DNA of 33,703 nucleotides from Actinomycetes bacterium (GCA_023395755.1 JAEWYG010000041.1:1-33703), one strand, 5' to 3'; positions 8,500-17,469 are shown, counted from the first letter of the stretch. Numbers and translations are program-made. Notes: a model not told the origin generated them from the letters alone.

Positions 8500-8660
8500 G
8501 AATACCGACAGTGCGCTTGGCGTATCCTTGAACCCACAAGCCCGCCGCCCGGGCGGTATCGCAACACGTTACGAGACTGACAACTTGGCGAAGATAGTCT
8601 TTTTTCGTTTTTCATTGCGAGTCGTACTAATACTGTCGGACAAGCCGGATTATAGGTTAT
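8500..8660 (-). ncRNA. Candidate structured ncRNA, 6S (SsrS)-like; alternatively a cis-regulatory leader of the ZIP gene
   Basis: Minus strand: end pairing CCGACAGU/ACUGUCGG; 3' segment GUGGGUUCAAGGAUACGCCAAGCGCAC resembles the GGGUUCAAG...GCAC end of 6S RNAs and can pair with GCUUG, GUAUU and GACUCGCAA; A-rich central bubble; TATAAT at 8649-8654; terminator follows; no credible ORF. Confidence 0.5.
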
Positions 8661-8936
8661 TTCCCCAGTAAAAAGAACCCTTTTGGGTGCTTTTGTGCAC
8701 CTGAGCAATAAAACCGTTACCATCGTCAACAGCCCGTCAACAACAAGCTAAGCGACATAAAACACACCAGCAAAATCGCGTCTCATTCCATGAAACCAGA
8801 CCCCCTTCTTCCTTGCGAAGATACCTCTTTCGTTTAACCGTTCAACCGCCTCTTTTCTCACGAAGAAGCCCGGCGTCTAAAAGCAAATTTTCCTATCGTA
8901 TAATGCGGAATCCCCATTTATCGACTAGGAGGAGAC

Positions 8937-10229
8937 ATGGAGCATACCGCACCAGCGCCAAACCCCCAGAGCCGAGCAAATCTCGTACTTATCGCTGGGA
9001 TCCTATTCAACTTGTCAATCAGCGTTTTATATTCATGGAGCGTTATAAAAAGCCAGCTCATGGCACCAGTCACCGAAGGCGGCTTCGGCTGGACGAGCGC
9101 CCAAGCCGGACTCCCCTACACCGTCGCCATCGTGTTTTTCGCTATAGGCGTACTCGTTGGCGGCGTCATCCAAGATCGAATTGGTCCTCGAAAAGTGATT
9201 TCTACCGGAGGCCTTCTTGTTGGCCTCGGTTTTGTCTTTTCTTCAATAGTAGGAGATAGTTTTATAGGTATTACTATCGCTTACGGCATTGTCACCGGAA
9301 CAGGCATCGGACTGGGATACGGATGCGTAAGCCCCTGCGCACTCAAATGGTTCCATCCCTCTAAAAAGGGCATGGTTACCGGCTTGGTTGTAGGTGGCTT
9401 CGGCTTGGCCGCTGTTTACTTGGCACCAGCGGCAAAACAACTGCTAAGCGCTTTTGGCATTTCTTCGACGTTTATGCTGTTGGGAGTGGTTACAACCATT
9501 GTCGCTGTAGCGCTGGCTCAGTTCATCGATAACCCCCAACCCGGCTACGTTCCCGCAGCGCCCAAAAACCTTCCCGAGCGAGCAGCCAGCCCCAAGACGG
9601 TGGACATCTCTTGGAAGGACATGGTTAAAACCAAAGAGTTTGCCCTCATGTTTATACTGTTTGCACTTTCTTCGTCGGTGGGCCTCATGGTTATTGGCAA
9701 TATTTCAAAGATCGCCAGCATCCAAGACCCTCTCAATGCCGTAGGTTATGCGGCATTGCTCGTAGCGTTACTGGCTGTATTTAACACCGTTGGTCGCGTT
9801 ATTGGCGGCATATTATCCGATAAAATCGGGCGCATCAACACGCTTTTGGCGGCATTCGCCATTCAAGCGGTCAACATGCTGCTGTTTTCAGCGTTCGATA
9901 ACTTCCTACTGTTCACTCTTGGCGCGCTTTTGGTGGGCTTCTCCTACGGAACGCTTCTCAGCGTGTTTCCTTCGATGACCGCAGACCTTTTTGGACTAAA
10001 AAATTACGGTACCAATTACGGCATTGTCTTCTTAGGTTGGGGGCTGTCGGGCGTACTCGCACCCGTCATAGCAGACATCGTACTAGACCTTACCGGCACT
10101 TTCACCCTTGCCTATTTTATTTGCGCAGCAATAATGGCACTATGTTTGTTTTTGGGCTTTCTTTGCAGAAAAACGCTCACTGGATCTCATAAGGTTACCA
10201 ACATCACAACCGACCCCTTGCCGGAATAG
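8937..10229 (+). CDS. OFA family (oxalate/formate antiporter-like) MFS transporter
   Basis: 12 TM; YSWSV, GGVIQDRIGPR, KWFHPSKKGMVTGLVVGGFG, FGLKNYGTNYG motifs; SD AGGAGG. Confidence 0.92.
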   Translation: MEHTAPAPNPQSRANLVLIAGILFNLSISVLYSWSVIKSQLMAPVTEGGFGWTSAQAGLPYTVAIVFFAIGVLVGGVIQDRIGPRKVISTGGLLVGLGFVFSSIVGDSFIGITIAYGIVTGTGIGLGYGCVSPCALKWFHPSKKGMVTGLVVGGFGLAAVYLAPAAKQLLSAFGISSTFMLLGVVTTIVAVALAQFIDNPQPGYVPAAPKNLPERAASPKTVDISWKDMVKTKEFALMFILFALSSSVGLMVIGNISKIASIQDPLNAVGYAALLVALLAVFNTVGRVIGGILSDKIGRINTLLAAFAIQAVNMLLFSAFDNFLLFTLGALLVGFSYGTLLSVFPSMTADLFGLKNYGTNYGIVFLGWGLSGVLAPVIADIVLDLTGTFTLAYFICAAIMALCLFLGFLCRKTLTGSHKVTNITTDPLPE

Positions 10230-10230
10230 C

Positions 10231-10896
10231 TCACTTCTTTCCCTTCGAATTCTTGGGTGCATAATCGCGCATCCCAGGAACAGCACCACCCGCAATGGCC
10301 CAAAGGTACAAGCTGGCAAGACTTCCATAAGGAGAATAGCGCCGTTTGTATTTGGCGAAAAGCTGAGGCGTAATGCGACGATGGTGATGCAGCATACGCA
10401 GACCACGCAAAATAGCCAAATCGCCGGAGCTCATGATGTCAGGACGCTGCATCGAAAACGTCATGAGCATCTCGGCTGTCCACACACCAATACCCGGCAG
10501 TGAAGAGAGACGGCGACACACCTCTTCGTCAGGCAGGTCTGTCAATTCCTCCAGATTCAATTCTCCGGAGATCACACGGTCGGCTGCGCCTTTAATATAG
10601 GACACCTTACGAAACGATAATCCAAACTGCTGCAATTTTTCGTCAGAGCAGGTTGCGATTACCTGAGGCGTAACGTCGCCAAACGCGTCGGTTATACGCT
10701 TCCAGATGGTTTCTTGTGCTTTGGTAGCAATCTGCTGACCTACGATACAATTCACCAGCGAGGAAAACAGATCCGGTGTCACTTCGCGCCGCACGGGACC
10801 AATGATGTCAATAGCTTCGGCAAGCCGAAGATCGCATGCCTTCAGGTAGGCAACCGCTTCGTCGTCGTAGGAAAAGTACTGCGGCTCTCCTGCCAT
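10231..10896 (-). CDS. DNA-3-methyladenine glycosylase II family (AlkA, HhH-GPD)
   Basis: IVGQQI, HhH motif LPGIGVWTAEM, D-LAILRG, PYGSLASLYLW. Confidence 0.92.
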   Translation of the reverse strand: MAGEPQYFSYDDEAVAYLKACDLRLAEAIDIIGPVRREVTPDLFSSLVNCIVGQQIATKAQETIWKRITDAFGDVTPQVIATCSDEKLQQFGLSFRKVSYIKGAADRVISGELNLEELTDLPDEEVCRRLSSLPGIGVWTAEMLMTFSMQRPDIMSSGDLAILRGLRMLHHHRRITPQLFAKYKRRYSPYGSLASLYLWAIAGGAVPGMRDYAPKNSKGKK

Positions 10897-10948
10897 GACA
10901 TTGTCCTTTCGTAGATCACACTAGTATAACGCACTCATCTTTTCATGC

Positions 10949-11014
10949 AAAAAGGCCCGACCGGGGAGGGTGGTCGGGCCCGAAAGCACAAGGCGACGAG
11001 GGAGGTGTCGCCTT
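10949..11014 (-). terminator. Tandem hairpins after cytochrome gene; the second is an intrinsic terminator
   Basis: AAGGCGAC/GTCGCCTT (10990-11014) and GGCCCGACC/GGTCGGGCC (10954-10980) followed by TTTTT on minus; both loops read C-rich (ACCUCCCUC, ACCCUCCCC). Confidence 0.8.
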
Positions 11015-11031
11015 TGCTTGAAGGAAGAGCG

Positions 11032-11703
11032 CTACTTGGTGGAACGTTCACGCAATTCGTGACAAGTGCCACATTGGAAGGTACCGCGGTGATGACACTG
11101 TGCGCAGTACTTCAGAGCATCCTTTTCCAAAGTTTTGGAATGGTTGTTATGGCAGTCGGTACACGTGGCTGAATTCTGCTCATGAGCTTGGCCTGCAGGG
11201 CGTTCGTGTGGGTTTACGGTTACGCCGTTGCTGTCGGTGAGCGCCTTCGAATCGGCAGTCTTTGTAGCTACATCTTGCATCGATCCATGACAAGAAATAC
11301 AGGTTTTTTCATCCACGGTAACCACCGTTGGCTTCGTCGCCGGTTTATCGCCGAATTTCACATCGGCATGCGAGGTGGAAAGTGTTGATTCGTCGGTATG
11401 ACATTGAATACACGTAACACCCTTCGCTTCATGAGCCACTGCCTGCGTACAGGCAGTATCCTGAGACGAACCGGCTTCCGATGTGTGGCAGGTCACGCAG
11501 TCGGACTGCATGGTCCAACTGACCGGCTGACCGTCCATACTGGAAGCTGACCCCTGTGATGAATTTTCTTTTTCTGGTGCATCAGATGCAGCTTTAGGTG
11601 AGCATCCCACTGCTAAAGCGAGCACTGCCGCCAAAGCCACCGTCAAAACGATGACGGCTAGCGCAACAAAGCGTCGGTCGTGAGCGAGCGTATGCGTTGT
11701 CAT
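11032..11703 (-). CDS. Hexaheme c-type cytochrome lipoprotein
   Basis: Six CxxCH motifs (CVTCH, CIQCH, CISCH, CTDCH, CAQCH, CGTCH); signal peptide with lipobox LAVGC; directly downstream of flavoprotein. Confidence 0.92.
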   Translation of the reverse strand: MTTHTLAHDRRFVALAVIVLTVALAAVLALAVGCSPKAASDAPEKENSSQGSASSMDGQPVSWTMQSDCVTCHTSEAGSSQDTACTQAVAHEAKGVTCIQCHTDESTLSTSHADVKFGDKPATKPTVVTVDEKTCISCHGSMQDVATKTADSKALTDSNGVTVNPHERPAGQAHEQNSATCTDCHNNHSKTLEKDALKYCAQCHHRGTFQCGTCHELRERSTK

Positions 11704-11847
11704 AAATTTCTCCTCTTACATTAGGTACGTGAGTTTCCTGTGCCTTCCGGCGCACCTGCAGCAGAAAGACGCGTCGGAAGGCACGAAACACCAGGGGCAC
11801 ACGGGAAGCTGCTGCACCCGAATGCCCCTACGCGTTGGTAAACTGCT

Positions 11848-13512
11848 TTACTTCTTGGCGTCCCATGCCTCAAGACTGGCGGCATGCCGCGCAGAGATGC
11901 GGCCCCAGACTTGATTTTCGGCATTATTGCCGCCCGTAATGCCATAGCTATGCGACTGGAAGTTGCCAAAGCAACCAGCAGCATACAAACGCGGAATGGG
12001 GTTACGCGCAGTGTCAAGCACTTGGCCGTTCTCGTTTTTCATGGGACCACCGAGCGTGGAGCAAGATCCCGGATAAATCGAGTAGGCATAGTAGGGGCCC
12101 GTCTCCTGCAACTTAACCAAAGTCTTTTCGCTACGATCAAAACGAGCGTCAACCCTAGCATCGCAGAATCCCTGATACTCGTTAAAAGTGGCCTTTAGGG
12201 TATCTACATCCATCCAATGATCGAACTCTTTGATTTTCGCAGCAAGTTCTTCGAGCGTATCACCTTTAAGGATCCAACCCTTTTCAAGTTCAGCCTTGTT
12301 GTCGGAACTCCAACCATCCCAGTCGCGTAGTTCGTCAGGAAGATCGCTTGCAAAATTGCCACACTCGAAGAAATCACCCTGACTCGTGCCCATCTTGCCA
12401 GCCTCAAAACAAGCCTGATCGAAAATGCACCAAGTTGGAATGCGGTCATAATCGTCGATTTCGTCTTCGAAGTGCAACAGGGTGTGCCAACCATTGTGAG
12501 GAGTGCCCATCTTGTTTTCGTTGACATAACGCTTGCCCAAACGATTCACGTTAAAGTACGAGAAACCCGGAACGAAGACCAGTACGGAAAAGTCATTCTC
12601 GGGGTCACGCGTCCACATGGAGTACATGGCAATAGCCATATCCATGTGCCACAACTTAGCTCCCACATCCTCAACCATCTTGATGCCGTCGCCTGTGTTG
12701 TACTTCCAACCTTGGAACTTAAAGGGATAGCACTTTAGGTGCTCGTTCTTCAAATCCTCATTGAATTCAAAGCCACCCAACGTAAGGATAACGCCTTTCT
12801 TTGCCTTGACCGTTTTCTCTTCTTTCCCAATCATCGTGTACACGCCAACGATTTCTTTAGTCTCTGGGTTCTGAATAAGGCGCTCGTCGTGGCAGTCAAA
12901 AAGCACTTCGATACCCAATTTTTTACGCGCATCATCAAGCTCGCGAAATGACTTCATGCCAAAGCCATCGATAGCTGCCAGCTTACAAGAGTTGGCATAC
13001 GCACCATCGTCAAGGAAGCCATACTCAGGAATATCGCCCGCCAACGCCTTCTCGTGAACTTCATAGGTCATACCGTACTTGTCAGCATATTCCGTATTGC
13101 GAATTGCTTCGGTCACCCAAGCATCAATCATGCTGTCAGGTGTCTTCCCATGGGTGAATGCCTTAATGTACTTCTTAAATGTCTCGGCTTTATCCTTTTC
13201 GATAATGGTCCACTCACCGTTGTTAATGCGGCTATTTCCGCCACCCTCAACAGGGGCCTTCTCCAGCACGATAACCTTTTGGCCACCCTCGTCAGCAGCG
13301 ATCAGCGAAGACCACATACCTGCTCCGCCATAACCAATAACGAGAACATCGCACTCGTAATCCCACGTCTTAGGCATCCAGTCGCTAGCCCCCGCAGCCG
13401 GCGCCGTTGAGCAGCCAGCCAATGCCGCACTACCAGCTACCGCCGCAGCAGCAACACCTGCACTCTTGATAAACGATCGGCGAGAGACGCCGGTTTCCCT
13501 ACCTGTACTCAT
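11848..13512 (-). CDS. Tat-exported FAD-dependent reductase lipoprotein (flavocytochrome c/fumarate reductase superfamily), unknown substrate
   Basis: SRRSFIK Tat motif, LAGC lipobox, VIGYGGAG FAD motif, LGGF, NTGDGI, GKRYVNE; STLGGP replaces fumarate reductase HHTMGG. Confidence 0.9.
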   Translation of the reverse strand: MSTGRETGVSRRSFIKSAGVAAAAVAGSAALAGCSTAPAAGASDWMPKTWDYECDVLVIGYGGAGMWSSLIAADEGGQKVIVLEKAPVEGGGNSRINNGEWTIIEKDKAETFKKYIKAFTHGKTPDSMIDAWVTEAIRNTEYADKYGMTYEVHEKALAGDIPEYGFLDDGAYANSCKLAAIDGFGMKSFRELDDARKKLGIEVLFDCHDERLIQNPETKEIVGVYTMIGKEEKTVKAKKGVILTLGGFEFNEDLKNEHLKCYPFKFQGWKYNTGDGIKMVEDVGAKLWHMDMAIAMYSMWTRDPENDFSVLVFVPGFSYFNVNRLGKRYVNENKMGTPHNGWHTLLHFEDEIDDYDRIPTWCIFDQACFEAGKMGTSQGDFFECGNFASDLPDELRDWDGWSSDNKAELEKGWILKGDTLEELAAKIKEFDHWMDVDTLKATFNEYQGFCDARVDARFDRSEKTLVKLQETGPYYAYSIYPGSCSTLGGPMKNENGQVLDTARNPIPRLYAAGCFGNFQSHSYGITGGNNAENQVWGRISARHAASLEAWDAKK

Positions 13513-13668
13513 ACACTCTCCTCCTTTTCGGATGCGAACGGACCGTCAGCTATCGGAGCTGTTACAAGATTGTTCTTCTTGGACGCAATCGCACCGAGCG
13601 CCTCGGCTCCTGCCTCTCTCCCGGCAGAGATGCCCCTATTTTTGAGACATCCGTTCAATGCCTCAACC

Positions 13669-13791
13669 ACGATACGAGCACCGCATCACGCGCGCATCTG
13701 ATGAGGAATCGGATTTTGTCTTTTCTCTCAGATGATCGATAGGATTTCCCTGCCAATGCCAATATCGGATGCTCAATCCGATATTGGCATT
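13669..13791. promoter_or_regulatory. Three ATCnGAT-N5-ATCnGAT boxes (putative LuxR operators) and reductase promoter
   Basis: Boxes at 13696-13714 (ATCTGAT GAGGA ATCGGAT), 13727-13745 (CTCAGAT GATCG ATAGGAT) and 13764-13782 (ATCGGAT GCTCA ATCCGAT, inside a perfect 16-bp inverted repeat 13755-13791); minus-strand -10 TATCGT at 13669-13674. Confidence 0.6.
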
Positions 13792-13883
13792 TCTCCAAGG
13801 TTGGTATTATGCAAAGATAGTCTCAGCGCACGGGAGGGAGCGCTTCACAGGGGAAGCGCCCGTTGCCTTGAAACGGGGAGTAG

Positions 13884-15566
13884 ATGCACATGAGTCAGCA
13901 CCAGGCGGATAACAAAAACCGTCCTAAAAAGCACGCACAACAAGCGGCACGTTATGCTGCCAAGCATAACGACACCTTGGAAGATACTCCTGGAGAAATA
14001 CAGGAGCCGTCTCACCGCGACGGGCTTACCCTCGACTATCTTATATCGGTGCTTGGCTTCGGGCTCTGTCGAGCGTGGATTGTTCTTTGCTTTTCGGCAC
14101 CTATCATATCGCCTTCGGCCACCACGTCTAACTGGCTCTACCTTGTGTTCGGCGCACTCTCTGCGCTTGCCATATCGTTTGTTGTAAGACACCTACGCAC
14201 TACGGTCGAGCAACTACGCTACGCATTGTATCGTGCAGCAGTGGGAACCATTGTTGCTTCAAGCATCCTCATTCCCGCTTCTTACCTACTAAGAGTAGAC
14301 TTATTATTAGTTACGGGGTTTATTGTCGGTGGAGTTGGCGCGGGCATCTTGCAAGTATTATGGGGCGATCGTTTCGCTCAGCGCTACATGCGCTTCACCG
14401 CACTTGCCTCGCCCGCTGCTGCTATGGTAACAGGATTAGTTATCGCCCTTTTGACCGATGGAACCAGCATTATCGGGTTTGCCGTAATCCCTCTGGCTTC
14501 TCTTGGTCTATTGATATTTGAAGCCGACCGTACCGGAATGCCCGTCAAGACATTGTTTGGCTTTTGCCCCCTTGAGAATCAGGCCTCAGAAGAGCTGCCT
14601 GACTCTCAAGAAAACACAAGGGCAGCGTCTGCTCAAGATGAGCTCAGCAAGACGCCAGAAGACACCACACGCGCGCGAACACACCGCGGCATGGCTCTCG
14701 GTGTAGGCAAGCTTATGTTCTCTATCATGACATTCTCTTTTTTGTGTCGTCTCTTTGATGCCATACCCACATCCGATAGCTTGTTTGCGTTTCTTGGTGG
14801 AAGTGCAATATTTGCATTGGTTCTGGTAGGCGCTGTTTTTCTTCTTATCGTTGCATTACTGCGCGACCGTTTTGATGTTACGTTCACCTATCGCCTATCG
14901 CTGCCTCTTATGGTAGCGGGTTTTGTTGCCATCGCACTGTTCTTTGACAGCCACGCAGCACTCTCCCTTGTGCTTATTAACATAGGCTACGAGTTCTTCG
15001 ATATTTTGGCATGGGTTTTGTTTGCGGAGGTATCGCGACGCAACGGCGAGAGCCCCTTGCGCGTGTTTGGCCTTGGCGTGGCATTTATGTTTGCTGGCAT
15101 GGCTCTGGGCAACTTGGTGGGTAATGTGCTAGACACGCTTATTGCAAGCGGTGCAGTGCAAATTACCGTCGTGGCAATGCTGTCAACGCTTTCGCTGGTC
15201 ATTGTTGCCTTCATGGTTATACCCGAAGGCGTTATAGCCCAACTGGCACAAGCGGTAAGACCCGACAAGAAAGATGAGCCCGCAGAAGACAAAACAAACG
15301 AAAATAGGTTCGAAGAAGATGAGGGGAAGCTTCGTTCGCTAAGCATTGAAGCGCACTGCAATGGTGTAGCAGAACAATATGGATTAACGCCACGCGAAAG
15401 TGAGGTTATTGTACTGTTAGCCTACGGACGCACGCTCTCTATTATCGCCCGCGACCTGCAAATCGCAAAGGGCACCGCGCGCACTCACATCGAGAACATC
15501 TATCGCAAACTCGATGTACACAAGCAACAAGAGCTTATCGACCTCGTCGAATCACATAAAATTTAG
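13884..15566 (+). CDS. Polytopic membrane (about 12 TM) LuxR-family transcriptional regulator
   Basis: Long hydrophobic N-region plus C-terminal LuxR HTH LTPRESEVIVLLAYGRT...TARTHIENIYRKLDVH; divergent from reductase; start could be 13890. Confidence 0.93.
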   Translation: MHMSQHQADNKNRPKKHAQQAARYAAKHNDTLEDTPGEIQEPSHRDGLTLDYLISVLGFGLCRAWIVLCFSAPIISPSATTSNWLYLVFGALSALAISFVVRHLRTTVEQLRYALYRAAVGTIVASSILIPASYLLRVDLLLVTGFIVGGVGAGILQVLWGDRFAQRYMRFTALASPAAAMVTGLVIALLTDGTSIIGFAVIPLASLGLLIFEADRTGMPVKTLFGFCPLENQASEELPDSQENTRAASAQDELSKTPEDTTRARTHRGMALGVGKLMFSIMTFSFLCRLFDAIPTSDSLFAFLGGSAIFALVLVGAVFLLIVALLRDRFDVTFTYRLSLPLMVAGFVAIALFFDSHAALSLVLINIGYEFFDILAWVLFAEVSRRNGESPLRVFGLGVAFMFAGMALGNLVGNVLDTLIASGAVQITVVAMLSTLSLVIVAFMVIPEGVIAQLAQAVRPDKKDEPAEDKTNENRFEEDEGKLRSLSIEAHCNGVAEQYGLTPRESEVIVLLAYGRTLSIIARDLQIAKGTARTHIENIYRKLDVHKQQELIDLVESHKI

Positions 15567-15591
15567 CAACCCCTCATCATACTAAGAAGAC

Positions 15592-16252
15592 CTACGCCTC
15601 TGGTGGCTCATCAAACGAAGTAGCCTGCTGCTCTTCAAGAATAGCCTGCATACTGCAAGGTTTGGGAGTTTCGTGCGACACCGCTTCCGCCAAAGCCGTT
15701 TGATTAGCTCCTTCGATGGAGATGTTCTTGATAACGTCTCCCACATCGAGCTGTTGAACTACTTCTAATCCTTCGACCGTCATACCAAACACCGTAAAAC
15801 GCTCGTCAAATTCCGGCTGCTCCGACAGCGAGAAATAAAACTGACAGCTACCGCTATTCGTGTCGGACTTATGAGCCATACACAAACTTCCCAACACATG
15901 TCGATTATGGGGATTTGTCTCCCATTCATCAATGATCACATAGCGCGCATCGCCCGTACCTGGATGTATTCCCCGGATGACACCACGAGCCGCCGCCTCC
16001 ACCTGTGCCGGACCGAGCGTACGTGTGGTCGGACAACCCCCCCAATACCACTGAGCCCGGCTTACAGGCGTGAAACTTCAATTCGTTATAAAATCCGCGG
16101 GCCGAAAGCTCAATAAAATTTCCTACCGTAACCGGTGCGCCCGCTGCATCTAGCTTCACCCGTACCGTACCCTTAGTTGTCTCAATAACAGCAACCTCTT
16201 CGCCCGTTGGCTGATACAACGGCGTATATAACGGCAGCGTGATGCGTCCCAT
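15592..16252 (-). pseudogene. Cyclophilin-type peptidyl-prolyl isomerase-like gene, split by +1 frameshift at G7 tract
   Basis: ORF 15929-16252 (IETTKG...APVTVGNF...GFY..LKFH) and ORF 15592-16002 (GSLCMAH...SGSCQFYF...TVFG) join into ...VVLGGCPTTRTL... if one G is removed from the 7-nt run at 16037-16043. Confidence 0.8.
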
Positions 16253-16372
16253 AGCAAGTCTCTCCCTTAATTGATTGTTTCGACATCGGCCTCGCCCATG
16301 CCCCTTTTCCTCAAGCTATGATAGAAAAGGTTCGAAACAGCCGCATCCGATTGAGCATCGTATTTTTAGTCG

Positions 16373-17323
16373 CTAGTCTAGAATTGCCTCCCCGATTACG
16401 GAATCAAAACGAAAAGAAGTGCCATCGGCATAAGCAACATTCCAAATACGGTAGTCCAGGTTCTCGGGAACAGCTTCGGCTGACAAGGCGCAACCCTCGC
16501 CCGACAGGTCGACATCAGGAGCAGAAACGGGCAAGGCCTCCATAACAACACTTGCAACGGGAACTTTGGCCTCGGCGTCTCGCTCTTCGACAGATACATC
16601 GGCAGGGTCGTCACCACGACGCAAAGCGGCTTCAGCTTCAGCCAGTGCATTGTCAATCTCGGCGCGCGACGGTTGGTCTCGCTTGGCTGAAGCTGCTTCC
16701 CAAGCATTATTCTCGTCGGGATCTGCCGCCGGCCAGTCTTCACCAGCCTCATCGTCGTTCAATTCTGTATCAGGGAATGCAGCCCCACCTATCGAAGCAT
16801 CCTCAGCCACACTATCGCTACGCTGCGCTGCGATGCTAACACAAGCAGGGATACGGATAACCTCGATAGGATCAGTTCCAAAAGTACCATCTTTCAACAG
16901 GCGACGGGCCCGCTCCACGTATCCGGCGGCTGCCGCAGGTATGGCCGAATCCACCATGCGCACGGCAATAATGGGACCATTGCCAAACCGCACTTCAATC
17001 CAAGAGAAAGGCAATGCACGATCGCCATTGTTGCCACGCGCATCGTTCTCGCGAGCGATAAGCGCCGACGACTCCGTAAATTTTTCATCCAACCAAGTAG
17101 TTAACGCGTCGTTCCATAAAGCATCGTCCTTTTCGCTCGCGGCACTAAGCACCACGCTAAAAGAAAGAATGTTCGAACGTTGCGAGCCCTTTCGAGCACG
17201 TACTACCTCGGTAGGAGCGACAGCCGTAAATCGACGCTCTAACTCGGCGTCGGCATTGCCGCCCAAGCTTTCCTCATCAAGCACGATGCTCAACTTCATT
17301 TCGGGATGGATGGATGCACCCAT
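16373..17323 (-). CDS. Hypothetical protein with long acidic/Ala-rich linker
   Basis: 316 aa ORF with SD AAAGGA; globular-looking N-terminus, D/E/A-rich middle, short C-terminal motif DYRIWNVAYADG; co-oriented with neighbours. Confidence 0.75.
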   Translation of the reverse strand: MGASIHPEMKLSIVLDEESLGGNADAELERRFTAVAPTEVVRARKGSQRSNILSFSVVLSAASEKDDALWNDALTTWLDEKFTESSALIARENDARGNNGDRALPFSWIEVRFGNGPIIAVRMVDSAIPAAAAGYVERARRLLKDGTFGTDPIEVIRIPACVSIAAQRSDSVAEDASIGGAAFPDTELNDDEAGEDWPAADPDENNAWEAASAKRDQPSRAEIDNALAEAEAALRRGDDPADVSVEERDAEAKVPVASVVMEALPVSAPDVDLSGEGCALSAEAVPENLDYRIWNVAYADGTSFRFDSVIGEAILD

Positions 17324-17469
17324 GGCGGTTCCTTTCGATAGCTGCGCCTTTACAAACGCAGAAATACTCCGGTATCCGCACCATTGTCGCGTGTTTGCCT
17401 AAGTCCACGCTACGCCCTGCTCACTCGTTGGGAAACCGTTTCGCCCCCTTTACGAAAGGGAAAAGAGCG

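Noticed and set aside
8309..8729. ORFs 8309-8671, 8365-8580 and 8433-8729
   Set aside because: No family motifs or SD; the region is better explained by RNA structures.
11715..11830. Two hairpins between the flavoprotein and cytochrome genes
   Set aside because: Most simply intra-operon mRNA stabilisers; no riboswitch or SECIS-like evidence, and no in-frame TGA in the neighbouring genes.
16566..17402. 278-aa antisense ORF (likewise 19719-20588 and 21188-22165)
   Set aside because: Antisense shadows of well-supported genes caused by codon bias; no protein-family motifs.
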